Source: a virus
Taxonomy: Duplodnaviria > Heunggongvirae > Uroviricota > Caudoviricetes
Strand: one strand, 5' to 3'
Length of the DNA: 35,041 bases
IMG/VR virus record: IMGVR_UViG_2778261545_000002
Part shown: positions 8,624 to 17,833 of the stretch, in pieces
Numbering within the stretch: position 1 is the first letter of the stretch
How the letters are laid out: every line of letters starts with the position of its first letter
Made by a program: the position numbers and the translations under genes
The notes under the pieces: generated by a model
Database searches by the model: none
The model's input: only the letters and a program-made list of their open reading frames with translations
Told to the model about the DNA's origin: nothing

Positions 8624-10420
8624 ATGAGTAAAACCTACCAAGAAATTATTACAGAACTGATTGATCGCATTTATCAAAAGAAGAATACATCAGAAACTAC
8701 TAAGATCATATTGAAAGCACACTTTACTCAGACATCTTCTAGCAGAAACTTGACCTTAGATACGCTGGGTAAACTACCTGAACTCAAGAAAGAGGTCACG
8801 AGAGAAAGAGCACGTCAGATCATATCAAAATTCTTAAATCAAGACTTGCCGTCAGAACTAAGTCGGCTCAACCGAGGCTTGGTAGCAGGTGATACGATTA
8901 CCCTAGCTGCGAAAACTGACCTTATTCAATTGAAGAAATTGATTGAAATATTAATCGGAAAAATAACGACCACTAAAAAACCAGTATTTTCAAATAAAGT
9001 CCAAAGCACTCTTATAGCAGCAGGTGTAATTGATAGTAACATTTATCTTCCTATAGTTACTCAGTTAGCAAAATCATTCGAAATAAATGCACATTTCAAA
9101 TTTCATGAATATAATGGACATCAAATCATACTGGAAGAAAATCATAATCCCAAATCCATTACTAGCGATTTAATCACATATGCCGGAAAGATATCAACGT
9201 ATTTTGGTGGTTTATTTTCAATAGAAAAACTTGCTGTTTGTTCATGGGAGTCAGACCCTCCTGGTTTTATTAGGGAAATTCCTGATGAAATTAAGGTGCA
9301 ATATATATCTGACTTAATTTCAACTGAAGAAGATTTTTTATCTATTTCTAATGGACGTTTTTATGCTTTCACGTCTCGTGACGAAAGAGTTAGTCGAATT
9401 CTCAAACCAATTTTTATTCATTATAAAAACCCACTAAAAGTTGAAAGAGTTATATCTGCTTTAAAAAGGGCCCTTACACACAACTTCCGTCGTAGTGCAG
9501 ATGCCCGTCAACCCCCCTGCCTAGAGCTTCTAGAAAGCGCCGATGGTGCTCTGGACGATTATTGTTTGAAAACTGGATTACTACAAGAGTCAACACCCGG
9601 TTATAGAATACCTGGAGATAGCCTTTATTCAGAACTCCAATTGGAAGATGTCAGTGGTACTATCCATTATCAAGTTATTGCCTTAAATGCTATAAAATCA
9701 AATGGTGGCCCCTTAGACTCAATGAGCATTGGTAGGGAATTAAAAGGGAAAATCCCGCAAGCTTTCAAATCATTGATTTTTAGTTATCCAACCTTGTATT
9801 ACAAAGAAGGTGGCGGGAGACGAAATGATTACTACAAACCACTTGATGATGAATATATTCCAACCAAGCAAGTGGCTCGGCCTATCGATACCAGAATGGA
9901 AAGAATAGATAGTATAAGAAGAAAAATAACAGACATCATAAGCGAATTGGATTCACTAGATGTGCTGGGAACCTTTTTAAGAAAGACTCGTGCAGAACAA
10001 GCATTACTTCGAGAATACCTGCTCCTTCAACAATCGCTGTTATATAGCAATGAAAATAATGTAGGGGTCTGTGAGATTTGCGGAAATTCATGGCCGCATG
10101 CTATTCTCATTGCTGCGCATGTGAAACCTAGATCTAAATGCACACATGAAGAGCGAGCAGATTTCGATAACATAGCAATGTTGCAATGTGCAATATGTGA
10201 TTCACTTTTCGAAAATGGTTTCATTGCCATTCGTTCAGATGGAAAAGTTGCAATTAGCCGAGATAAAAAAATGACCACACACCTTGCGCAAATGTATTCT
10301 ACAATCGAAAGAAGAACCATTCCTTACGTCAACGGAAACACAAACCGTATGAAATACATACAATACCATTGGGTGAATATATTCAAAGGTGAAAGTTCTT
10401 TATTTGATATTAAATCGTAG
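8624..10420 (+). CDS. Cargo protein in the P2 Z/fun hotspot: N-terminal sigma-70 region-4-like HTH plus C-terminal HNH (4-Cys, AHxxP-type) nuclease motif; candidate anti-phage defence or abortive-infection nuclease
   Basis: AT-rich ORF on the opposite strand to the flanking late genes. N-term ...TLDTLGKLPELKKEVTRERARQIISKFL resembles the sigma-70 r4 HTH; C-term CEICGNSWPHAILIAAHVKPRSKCTHEERADFDNIAMLQCAICDSLFENGF fits a C-x2-C...H...N...C-x2-C HNH. Start is ambiguous between GTG 8612 (track) and ATG 8624; neither has a strong Shine-Dalgarno. Confidence 0.7.
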   Translation: MSKTYQEIITELIDRIYQKKNTSETTKIILKAHFTQTSSSRNLTLDTLGKLPELKKEVTRERARQIISKFLNQDLPSELSRLNRGLVAGDTITLAAKTDLIQLKKLIEILIGKITTTKKPVFSNKVQSTLIAAGVIDSNIYLPIVTQLAKSFEINAHFKFHEYNGHQIILEENHNPKSITSDLITYAGKISTYFGGLFSIEKLAVCSWESDPPGFIREIPDEIKVQYISDLISTEEDFLSISNGRFYAFTSRDERVSRILKPIFIHYKNPLKVERVISALKRALTHNFRRSADARQPPCLELLESADGALDDYCLKTGLLQESTPGYRIPGDSLYSELQLEDVSGTIHYQVIALNAIKSNGGPLDSMSIGRELKGKIPQAFKSLIFSYPTLYYKEGGGRRNDYYKPLDDEYIPTKQVARPIDTRMERIDSIRRKITDIISELDSLDVLGTFLRKTRAEQALLREYLLLQQSLLYSNENNVGVCEICGNSWPHAILIAAHVKPRSKCTHEERADFDNIAMLQCAICDSLFENGFIAIRSDGKVAISRDKKMTTHLAQMYSTIERRTIPYVNGNTNRMKYIQYHWVNIFKGESSLFDIKS

Positions 10421-10524
10421 ATCTGTATCCAGATATAAGTAAGAACTAGGGCTCTAAACCCTTTATAGTATTGAGGGATTATTGAGAAATATTAATAAAC
10501 GTAATATCAATGCTCTTTTGATGC

Positions 10525-10582
10525 AATTTGACAGTCCGCTTTTGGCACAGAGCGGACTGTCAGATTAGGCTTTACTCTGTGC
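10525..10582. promoter_or_regulatory. Two mutually exclusive hairpins between the converging cargo gene and G: A (16-bp stem 10525..10540/10551..10566) and B (9-bp stem GGCACAGAG 10544..10552 / CTCTGTGCC 10574..10582)
   Basis: Inverted repeats read directly; hairpin A contains the right copy of the repeated ~30-bp element (10529..10558). No clear U-tract on either strand, so a classical intrinsic terminator is uncertain. Confidence 0.5.
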
Positions 10583-10618
10583 CATAGATATGTAAGCTCA
10601 CACCAGAGTTCATACAAC

Positions 10619-11146
10619 TTATTGCGGCATTTCCGGCCATTCAGGATTTGCAGGATCCACACGACTGACCACAACGCTGTAGCGTTCCCAAGCCTCCAGC
10701 CGTGTGCGCTCCTCCTCTGTTGCCATGTTCAGCCTGACAGCGCGCTCCAGCGGCAAAATCACGGATTCAGCATCTGCAAGAAGTCTGGCTTTCCGATTTT
10801 CTGCCTGCTGCTGCAATTCCTCTGCCGTATAAATTCGTTTAATCACTGTACCGTCCTTAAACATCCAGCCCCCTGAAATGTCCGCCCGTCGGTTAGCAGT
10901 AATATCCGGCACTTCAACAACACTTAATCCATCCGGTCTGATAGCTGTCACATCCTTTTCCACATAGCGGATAATATTATCTTTGTCGTACGCTATTTTT
11001 ATCGTGTCATCAGCAAAATACTTTTGTTCTTCGTACCAGTTCTTACCATCTTCTGAAAAAAACCAGACAACATCAAAGTCCTTTGTCAATTGATATTGTT
11101 CAACCGTTTTTGGATTACCTGCCGTTATATTTATCAAATGCTGCAT
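10619..11146 (-). CDS. G: Tail fibre assembly chaperone G (175 aa)
   Basis: 175 aa as in P2 gpG; immediately downstream of H. Confidence 0.8.
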   Translation of the reverse strand: MQHLINITAGNPKTVEQYQLTKDFDVVWFFSEDGKNWYEEQKYFADDTIKIAYDKDNIIRYVEKDVTAIRPDGLSVVEVPDITANRRADISGGWMFKDGTVIKRIYTAEELQQQAENRKARLLADAESVILPLERAVRLNMATEEERTRLEAWERYSVVVSRVDPANPEWPEMPQ

Positions 11147-11149
11147 AAA

Positions 11150-13468
11150 TTATACCTGCGCCACGTTATACCAAGTCCCGTTAATGTATTTCTGCACCGG
11201 TCTGTAATATACGCCACCAATGTTATCGGCAGAGTTTGAGCCGGTATCCTGAACAATAATGCCGGAATATACACACCCGGACGGTGCCTGATGTGTCCAT
11301 GTCATGCCATTGTTCGCAGGTTTGTATGTGGCAGCACCACCAAGCCGGATATCCCGGACATAGCGTGAATCAAAATTACTATAGTTAGATGGTGATACCT
11401 GCCCGTTAACAGCAAAAGTGATGCTGTTATCTGTATTTCTCTGACTGTAAAAATGCCAGCCTGCATCATCACCTAATTCAGCCACCACCGGACGACTTGA
11501 GTTTCCCCACAAATTGAATGCGGCTTCCTTCGTGGATGTATTGCTGCTGCTGACCGTGAACTTTTTCCCGCTACCGGCACGTACTTTGGTACTTGAGACA
11601 ATATCACCTGTAACACTCAGGCCATGCCCCATTGACACTCCGCCATTGGCGTTATTGATAGTCAGCGGCCTTAAACCGTTCCATGTCCCAAATTTATCGC
11701 CAGAGGCCGTCAGCATTAAATATGTGCTGCCGCCATCATTCCTGATAAAGAATCCATAATTGCCATAAGCAATGCGCAGACCATTAGCACTGAGTGATGT
11801 AATCTCACCTCTTGAACGGAGACCATAAGCGGAGCTGAGTGATAATTCTTCCTGAGCATCAGTATTACCAGTCGCCCAGCGAACTACCCCGCCCTGTACT
11901 GTTTCATGCCAGACAGTGTCTCCTTCTCCACCACGAAACTTTCTGAGATATTTTTTGCCGCCTCTGGTGCCTGAACATAAGGCCGTAGACATATAGGCAT
12001 TCTGGCTACCGCCGTCCTGATTAATCGTTCCGGTCATTTCGTCGCCCTGACGATTCCAGTCACGACGCCAGCCGGGGGAGTAGCCGTCCCCATGATTAAT
12101 GTAAGTGAATTGCGCGCTGGTTGTACCGCCACCACTTGATGTTGTCGGCGTGGTCACTCGGATAGTGATTGCAGATTTAATTCCCATGACCTCGACGACA
12201 CAACCAGCCAGGTGGATATCACCACATCCGGTATCCGTAATGATTTTGTTATTTGCATATGACCAGGAGCCTTTGCACATCCAGTACGGATGATTAAATG
12301 CACCACGGGAATCCAGCCATTCAATAAACTGAGCGGTTGTCCAGTTTCCGGCTTCAGTACTCAAAGCGCCGCTATAAGCACGACAGGCACCGATATTTTT
12401 CGTGAAGGTATCCTTTCCCGGAATATCCGCACCATTCTGATCTTTCTGAAGACGTTTTTCAGCATTGTCATAGGCAGACTTCACCGCTTTTGGTGTTGCG
12501 GCCAGTGTTTCAGAATCACTATTGGTGGCGCTACTTAGCTGGACAAGACCTTTTCGCGCGGTGGTGGCATCCTGTGCAGTGTATTTCCCGTTAGCAAGGT
12601 CATACGCAGCCTTTACCGCCTTTAGCGTTGCCGCAAGCGTTTCAGAATCACTGTTGGTGGCGCTACTGAGCTGAACAAGGCCTTTTCGCGTTGTGGTGGC
12701 GTCCTGTGCAGTGTATTTCCCGTTAGCAAGGTCATATGCTGCCTTTACCGCTTTCGGCGTTGCGGCGAGCGTTTCAGACGTGCTGTTGGTGGCACTACTG
12801 AGCTGGACAAGGCCTTTTCGCGCTATGGTGGCGTCCTGTGCGGTATATTTCCCGTTAGCAAGGTCATACGCGGCCTTTACCGCTTTCGGCGTTGCGGCCA
12901 GTGTTTCAGACGTGCTGTTGGTCGCACTGCTTAACTGAGTAAAACCTTTTGCGGTCAGCGAGGCGTCCGGGTGACGTCGTGACTGTTCGTGCTCTGCAAT
13001 TTTGTCATCAACGTAATCCTGCGTCGCCATCACCGTTGTGGTGTCAATGGTCAGCTCCACTGAGGCCACACTGCTGACGATGATGACCATGCGGCAGGTC
13101 TGCGAACGCCCTGAGCCTTCGGCAAGTGCGGGTTTATAACTTTCGGCCATGTTCGCCACGGCAATTAACGTTCCCGCATCATCGTACAGGCCAAGCTCAC
13201 GCATCCAGAAACCGCCCACCTCCGGCGGAATAACCAGCTCTGCGATAATATAATTACTGTTTCGTTTGTCCTGGCTGATTTTGTTCAGCGCATGTCGCCA
13301 GACTTCATGGATAAGCCCGGTCTGTCCGGCATCCGGGACAGGCAATTTACCACCGCCATCCCCGACGGCCATAGTGGTAATGTTGACCTTCCGCCCTCCC
13401 GGTGCGGTTGCCGCTGCCAGCTTTGCTGCACCGGCAGTGGTGATAACGGTTCTGAATTTTGTGCTCAT
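11150..13468 (-). CDS. H: Tail fibre protein H (772 aa) with internal tandem tail-fibre repeats
   Basis: Position between I and G; contains about 3.6 copies of a 44-aa repeat KGLVQLSSATNS[TD]SETLAATPKAVKAAYDLANGKYTAQDAT; longer than P2 gpH (669 aa). Confidence 0.85.
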   Translation of the reverse strand: MSTKFRTVITTAGAAKLAAATAPGGRKVNITTMAVGDGGGKLPVPDAGQTGLIHEVWRHALNKISQDKRNSNYIIAELVIPPEVGGFWMRELGLYDDAGTLIAVANMAESYKPALAEGSGRSQTCRMVIIVSSVASVELTIDTTTVMATQDYVDDKIAEHEQSRRHPDASLTAKGFTQLSSATNSTSETLAATPKAVKAAYDLANGKYTAQDATIARKGLVQLSSATNSTSETLAATPKAVKAAYDLANGKYTAQDATTTRKGLVQLSSATNSDSETLAATLKAVKAAYDLANGKYTAQDATTARKGLVQLSSATNSDSETLAATPKAVKSAYDNAEKRLQKDQNGADIPGKDTFTKNIGACRAYSGALSTEAGNWTTAQFIEWLDSRGAFNHPYWMCKGSWSYANNKIITDTGCGDIHLAGCVVEVMGIKSAITIRVTTPTTSSGGGTTSAQFTYINHGDGYSPGWRRDWNRQGDEMTGTINQDGGSQNAYMSTALCSGTRGGKKYLRKFRGGEGDTVWHETVQGGVVRWATGNTDAQEELSLSSAYGLRSRGEITSLSANGLRIAYGNYGFFIRNDGGSTYLMLTASGDKFGTWNGLRPLTINNANGGVSMGHGLSVTGDIVSSTKVRAGSGKKFTVSSSNTSTKEAAFNLWGNSSRPVVAELGDDAGWHFYSQRNTDNSITFAVNGQVSPSNYSNFDSRYVRDIRLGGAATYKPANNGMTWTHQAPSGCVYSGIIVQDTGSNSADNIGGVYYRPVQKYINGTWYNVAQV
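12470..12949. repeat. Tandem 132-bp repeat array (about 3.6 copies) inside H
   Basis: Near-identical 132-nt units visible in the DNA (e.g. 12550 vs 12682); they encode the 44-aa repeat on the minus strand and a mirrored repeat in the antisense track ORF 12693..12938. Confidence 0.85.
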
Positions 13469-13478
13469 TATTCCTCAC

Positions 13479-14009
13479 TTATCCGGGGTAAACCGTAATT
13501 ACATCGCCGTCGTAAGCCACACCACCGGCGAACAGGTATCCGGGAATGTCCCGGGTAATGTTCAGGCCAATAAGGTGGCGGCTTGCAGGTTTGGCATCAG
13601 CAATCAGCCGTTCCATTTCCTGATACATTGCCTCTGTGATACCGCTTTCCAGTACACCAATATCAAGCCGGAAGGTGCCGGGCGGGTCACAGTTTTCCCA
13701 CCACTCCGTCACGTTGATGAGATAGCCGAGCGGCTCCACCACACGCCGGATTGCACCTATAGTGCCCTTATGACAGTGGATGAAATGGGCATCGCGGATA
13801 ACGGCGCGTTTTGTCGCTTCCGGCCACTTTTCATCCCACCTGTCGACCGAAAACGCCCACGCCAGCCACGGCAGCAGATTTGCCGGACAGGTGTCCGGGT
13901 TCCACAGCTCACGAATACTGACCGGCGTTTTTTCAATTTCCGCACAGGCTTTTGCGGCGGCGACCTCAAGCGGTGATGAGCCGGTCGGCAGCAGTCGCGA
14001 ATCACTCAT
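13479..14009 (-). CDS. I: Baseplate assembly protein I (176 aa)
   Basis: Length and synteny with P2 gpI. Confidence 0.82.
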   Translation of the reverse strand: MSDSRLLPTGSSPLEVAAAKACAEIEKTPVSIRELWNPDTCPANLLPWLAWAFSVDRWDEKWPEATKRAVIRDAHFIHCHKGTIGAIRRVVEPLGYLINVTEWWENCDPPGTFRLDIGVLESGITEAMYQEMERLIADAKPASRHLIGLNITRDIPGYLFAGGVAYDGDVITVYPG

Positions 14010-14910
14010 CCGAGCCTCCGGTCACGACGCGGTATTCGGTACAGAAAGACGCCTGCGTACTGTTGAGCACGATGTCGGCCAGTGGTGCAGCCAGTTCGAC
14101 ACGCTGCACACCTTCCACATGCAAAGCGGCATAAATGGCAGACAGACGGATGTCGCGCCCCAGCCGGTGCTGTGCCGTGATATACGCTTCCAGCTTTTTC
14201 ACAGCGGCAGCGCGGATGGGTTCGCTTTCGGGACCAGGGTAAAGGTAAAGCGTGGCGTTTATCTGGTATTCAACGATGGCGGCAGACTGCACGGTCACGC
14301 GGTCGGCCACCGGCCTGACGTCCTCGCCATTAAGGGCGTTACGCACCACAGCCAGCAGGTCTTCGGATGCGACGCCGTTATTTTCACGTGACAGCACAGA
14401 GAGGGTGACACAGGCAGGAGACGGACTGGTGACAGAAATATCCGCGACACGCCCGTCAGCACTGCGACCATGATACTGATAGGCTCCCACTGACCCGGCG
14501 ACGCTTAAGCCCTCAAAAGCCTGCTGAATACGCAGACGATAATCGGTGTCAGATTCCATCACTGCCGGTGTCGGCGGAATGGTCGAATCATCTGCCGGGG
14601 TGATAGTCAGGCGCGTGGTGTTGTAATTGGCACCAATCACATCAAGGTCATTACCGGCGGCACAGGCCAGCATCACCGCCCGTGCGGCCTCATTCACACG
14701 CTGACGCCAGATAAGCTCACGATAAGCATTTTCTTCCAGCAGTTTGACGAGAGGCTCAGATTCCAGTGTCAGGGTACGGGCGACCGCCTCCTGCTGATCT
14801 TCCGGGTAAAGGGAAATCAGTGTCGCCTTGCGTTCAGCGAGAATGCTTTCAAAGTCCAGCTCCTCAACCACATCCGGTGCGGGTAGCTGGTTCAGGTCAA
14901 TAATCGGCAT
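14002..14910 (-). CDS. J: Baseplate wedge protein J (302 aa)
   Basis: Length and synteny with P2 gpJ. Confidence 0.85.
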   Translation of the reverse strand: MPIIDLNQLPAPDVVEELDFESILAERKATLISLYPEDQQEAVARTLTLESEPLVKLLEENAYRELIWRQRVNEAARAVMLACAAGNDLDVIGANYNTTRLTITPADDSTIPPTPAVMESDTDYRLRIQQAFEGLSVAGSVGAYQYHGRSADGRVADISVTSPSPACVTLSVLSRENNGVASEDLLAVVRNALNGEDVRPVADRVTVQSAAIVEYQINATLYLYPGPESEPIRAAAVKKLEAYITAQHRLGRDIRLSAIYAALHVEGVQRVELAAPLADIVLNSTQASFCTEYRVVTGGSDE

Positions 14911-14914
14911 GGTT

Positions 14915-15262
14915 TCAACTCACAGGGATGGTTAACGAAAGTGGCTGGCCGGTGTCGTTGTGCTGGCCGGTTAACGTGACCGTCATTCGCCCGTCAAAAC
15001 TGCGCTCAGTGGTGACGGATGACAGGGTGACGCGGGGTTCCCATTTCAGCACCGCCATGTAACAGGCGACCTTAATCTGCAACTCAAGCGCCGGGGTCTG
15101 CGGCTGGTCAATCATTGATGCCAGCAACGAGCCGTAATCACGACGCATCACCCGTGAGCCAACCGGCGTGCGCAGGATATCGCCGATACTCTGGCTGATA
15201 TGTTCAAGGTCAGTGACAGTCAGGCCATCACTGCGATTCATTCCGAGATAACGCGCTGTCAT
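14915..15262 (-). CDS. W: Baseplate protein W (115 aa, gp25-like)
   Basis: Length and synteny with P2 gpW. Confidence 0.82.
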   Translation of the reverse strand: MTARYLGMNRSDGLTVTDLEHISQSIGDILRTPVGSRVMRRDYGSLLASMIDQPQTPALELQIKVACYMAVLKWEPRVTLSSVTTERSFDGRMTVTLTGQHNDTGQPLSLTIPVS

Positions 15263-15894
15263 AGAGGTCCCCCTGTTGTGCTGCCACTGTCGCCGGGGTG
15301 TTTATGGGTATGCAGTACCTTACCGTTTGATGAGAGTTCACCGCCGGTGTGTTCAATGTTGCCGCGCATCGTCCCGCCCTTCTGCACTTCCAGCGTGCCG
15401 GTAATCAGTCTGTTGGTGCAGACCACCTCCGGTGTGTCCAGGGTGATGCGGGTTGATGCTTTCACCATAACCACCGGCACCGAGGCAGTAACAGAATCAG
15501 AAGCCGTCACGCTGGCCGTTTTAATTCCGCTTACCGTGAGTGCACTGGTTTCGGGTTCATACTCAATCACCGCCCCGTCAGGGAAACGGATATGCAGGGC
15601 ATCCGCCGACGCAGACGGCGCGGGGTTATCACCGGAATAAATCCCCGGCAGAACAAACGCCGTGTCAAGTTCACCGCCCACGGCCAGAATCAGCACCTGC
15701 TCCCCCACGGAAGGTGCCCACCATGTGCGCGAACGCCCGGCACGACAGGTCAGCCACTGAAGCCAGTCGGTGCACATGCCGCCGGTCTGCACACGGCAGC
15801 GACCGGCGTTAAGGTCGGTTTCAACGATAATGCCGGTGCGGATCATGTTGCGCAGTGCGCGCGCGAGTTCCTGAATATTTGCGAGAGTGTTCAT
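15259..15894 (-). CDS. V: Baseplate spike protein V (211 aa)
   Basis: Length and synteny with P2 gpV. Confidence 0.82.
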   Translation of the reverse strand: MNTLANIQELARALRNMIRTGIIVETDLNAGRCRVQTGGMCTDWLQWLTCRAGRSRTWWAPSVGEQVLILAVGGELDTAFVLPGIYSGDNPAPSASADALHIRFPDGAVIEYEPETSALTVSGIKTASVTASDSVTASVPVVMVKASTRITLDTPEVVCTNRLITGTLEVQKGGTMRGNIEHTGGELSSNGKVLHTHKHPGDSGSTTGGPL

Positions 15895-15905
15895 AACGGG
15901 AAGGA

Positions 15906-15929
15906 TGCCGCCGGGTCATACCGGCGGCA
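15906..15929 (-). terminator. GC-rich hairpin between S and V (9-bp stem, 6-nt loop)
   Basis: Stem TGCCGCCGG / CCGGCGGCA read directly; lies in the S-V intergenic region where P2 has the P_V late promoter, so it may terminate or attenuate read-through from S. Confidence 0.4.
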
Positions 15930-15960
15930 ATGTGACGATGAGGTGTCGGGAATGGCACAA

Positions 15961-16413
15961 CTAACGCTCAAGGTGAGCCAGGATAATCTCTTCAATCATC
16001 TGCACATCCTCACCGGTAAAGCCGAGCAGAGGACGCGCCGGATAATCAATTTTCTTACCGTCTTTCCGGTTTTCTTCCGACAGACCGAACTGATGCACAC
16101 TGGCGATTTTCGGTGACTTCCCGCCGTAAAACTCCATTGATGCCTGTTCCGGGCTGGCGCGGATATGCAAAAAACGACTGGTGATAAGTTTCGCAAACAT
16201 TTTTCGCTTAACGCGACCGGTCTTTTTTCTGGCGCTCTGCTGCTGGCGTGGTGCATAGGGTGTGCCGTCCGGGGCTTTCTGTGCCATCACCCGACGCTGC
16301 TGACTCTGACGCAGACGTTTCGCCAGTTCGGCGCTCAGTCGTCGACGCCCTGACGGTGACAGCGATTCAATAAGTCCGGTCAGCCGGTCTTCAAAACGCT
16401 TAAACTCATTCAT
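15961..16413 (-). CDS. S: Tail completion protein S (150 aa)
   Basis: Length and synteny with P2 gpS. Confidence 0.82.
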   Translation of the reverse strand: MNEFKRFEDRLTGLIESLSPSGRRRLSAELAKRLRQSQQRRVMAQKAPDGTPYAPRQQQSARKKTGRVKRKMFAKLITSRFLHIRASPEQASMEFYGGKSPKIASVHQFGLSEENRKDGKKIDYPARPLLGFTGEDVQMIEEIILAHLER

Positions 16414-16873
16414 CCCACTTGCTCACCAGTTCGCCATTGATATAAAGCTCCATCGGGCGGGTGACCGGCTCCGGCGGCGGGGGTTCCGGGATATTCTTCA
16501 CATGCAGCGCGCCGTCCACCTCACTGACCAGCGTGCGCTCGGTCAGCATCAGGCTGATGCTGATATCAAAGCTGCTGTCATTGTTGATGTCTGCATAAAA
16601 TGTGAAACCTTTTTTCTGGCCTTCGTCGGTGGTCATGATGTCGGGCTGATTTTCCCGCAGCCACGCCAGCACCGGCACGATGAGCAGATCAAAATCACCG
16701 GTAAAGTCGGTCACAATGACATTGAGCGTGTAACGCTTTTCGAATGACAGCGACGTCGCCAGTGTGGAGGCAATACTCCCGTTATCCACGAATATCCGCA
16801 GCATCTCAGGACTGGTTTTCAGCACCGTGACGGCATCAGTCAGCGCCCTGCGCAGGCTGTCGGGTTTGAGCAT
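16406..16873 (-). CDS. R: Tail completion protein R (155 aa)
   Basis: Length and synteny with P2 gpR. Confidence 0.82.
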   Translation of the reverse strand: MLKPDSLRRALTDAVTVLKTSPEMLRIFVDNGSIASTLATSLSFEKRYTLNVIVTDFTGDFDLLIVPVLAWLRENQPDIMTTDEGQKKGFTFYADINNDSSFDISISLMLTERTLVSEVDGALHVKNIPEPPPPEPVTRPMELYINGELVSKWDE

Positions 16874-17126
16874 CGTTTTCGTCCTGACAGTGTTTAATCA
16901 TTTTTACCTGGCTGGCACAGCGTGCCAGCGCGTTCTCAAGCTGCCGGATATCGGCACTTAAATCGCCGTTCGTCTGCGGGTCACTGCCCGGCATCGGGCA
17001 AAGACTCACTTTCGGGCAGGCGTTGTGGACAATCACTGGCGTCGGTGCAGGCGGGGCGCTGGTGCAACCGGCGCACAGCATCAGGCAGGTCAGCGCCGTA
17101 CCAGCGGCGAAAATCTTCGTTTTCAT
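16836..17126 (-). CDS. lysC: LysC, Rz1-like outer-membrane lipoprotein o-spanin (96 aa)
   Basis: Internal start MKTKIFAAGTALTCLMLCAGC carries a lipobox; Pro-rich mature part; overlaps lysB out of frame in the Rz/Rz1 arrangement. Track ORF trimmed to the internal Met. Confidence 0.7.
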   Translation of the reverse strand: MKTKIFAAGTALTCLMLCAGCTSAPPAPTPVIVHNACPKVSLCPMPGSDPQTNGDLSADIRQLENALARCASQVKMIKHCQDENDAQTRQPAQGAD

Positions 17127-17406
17127 TGAGTAACCTCGTGATGGTTTTCTCGCGCTGTGCTTCACGCTTCGCGGCGTTTTCCAGTTCCTGACGCAGTGCC
17201 ACCTGCGCCAGCTCGTTTTTTTCTGCCCTGGTGAGCGCAACATGAAGCTGATTTTTCAGCATGGTGATGATCGTCTGCTGCCCGCTGGCGACGCTGTTCG
17301 CCCTGTCCAGCGAAGCGCGCAGGCTGGCATTTTTGTGTTTCACCAGAAACAGACCCGCCACCGCCAGCGATAACAACACGACCAGCACAATCATCAGCCT
17401 TGACAT
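16981..17406 (-). CDS. lysB: LysB, Rz-like i-spanin (141 aa)
   Basis: N-terminal transmembrane segment MSRLMIVLVVLLSLAVAGLFLV followed by a coiled-coil-like region; length as P2 LysB. Confidence 0.8.
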   Translation of the reverse strand: MSRLMIVLVVLLSLAVAGLFLVKHKNASLRASLDRANSVASGQQTIITMLKNQLHVALTRAEKNELAQVALRQELENAAKREAQREKTITRLLNENEDFRRWYGADLPDAVRRLHQRPACTDASDCPQRLPESESLPDAGQ

Positions 17407-17819
17407 GGTTCCCGCCCCTCAAGACGCTGACGGCAGGCCGTGCGTATCAGCCGGAAAAACAGCGACGCTACGAGATAAATCAGCGCGGTAAAAATCCACC
17501 CGGCAGCGACCAGCGAGATAAATGTCGCCACCATCACAACCAGAGCCGCCGCCCGTCTGCGCCACGGCACCGGCTGCAAAAACAGCGACGTGACAATCTT
17601 CACGGCCAGCGATTCCGGCGGCAGCTCCCGCCCGTAGCGTTCCAGCACATACTCCGTGGCATACACGCCGACACCACCGGCAACCACACAGATAACCGTC
17701 GCCAGAATCGCCCAGGCAGCGACAAAACTGACGGCCACGCTCTGCGGGTAAATCAGGGACAGTGCCAGCATCAGCGCCAGCGACACGTTCAGCATCAGTG
17801 AAAGGGATAATTTCTTCAT
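17394..17819 (-). CDS. lysA: LysA, membrane protein of the lysis cassette (141 aa)
   Basis: Multiple hydrophobic segments; length and position as P2 LysA. Confidence 0.78.
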   Translation of the reverse strand: MKKLSLSLMLNVSLALMLALSLIYPQSVAVSFVAAWAILATVICVVAGGVGVYATEYVLERYGRELPPESLAVKIVTSLFLQPVPWRRRAAALVVMVATFISLVAAGWIFTALIYLVASLFFRLIRTACRQRLEGREPCQG

Positions 17820-17833
17820 GGTGTTTACTCCGT

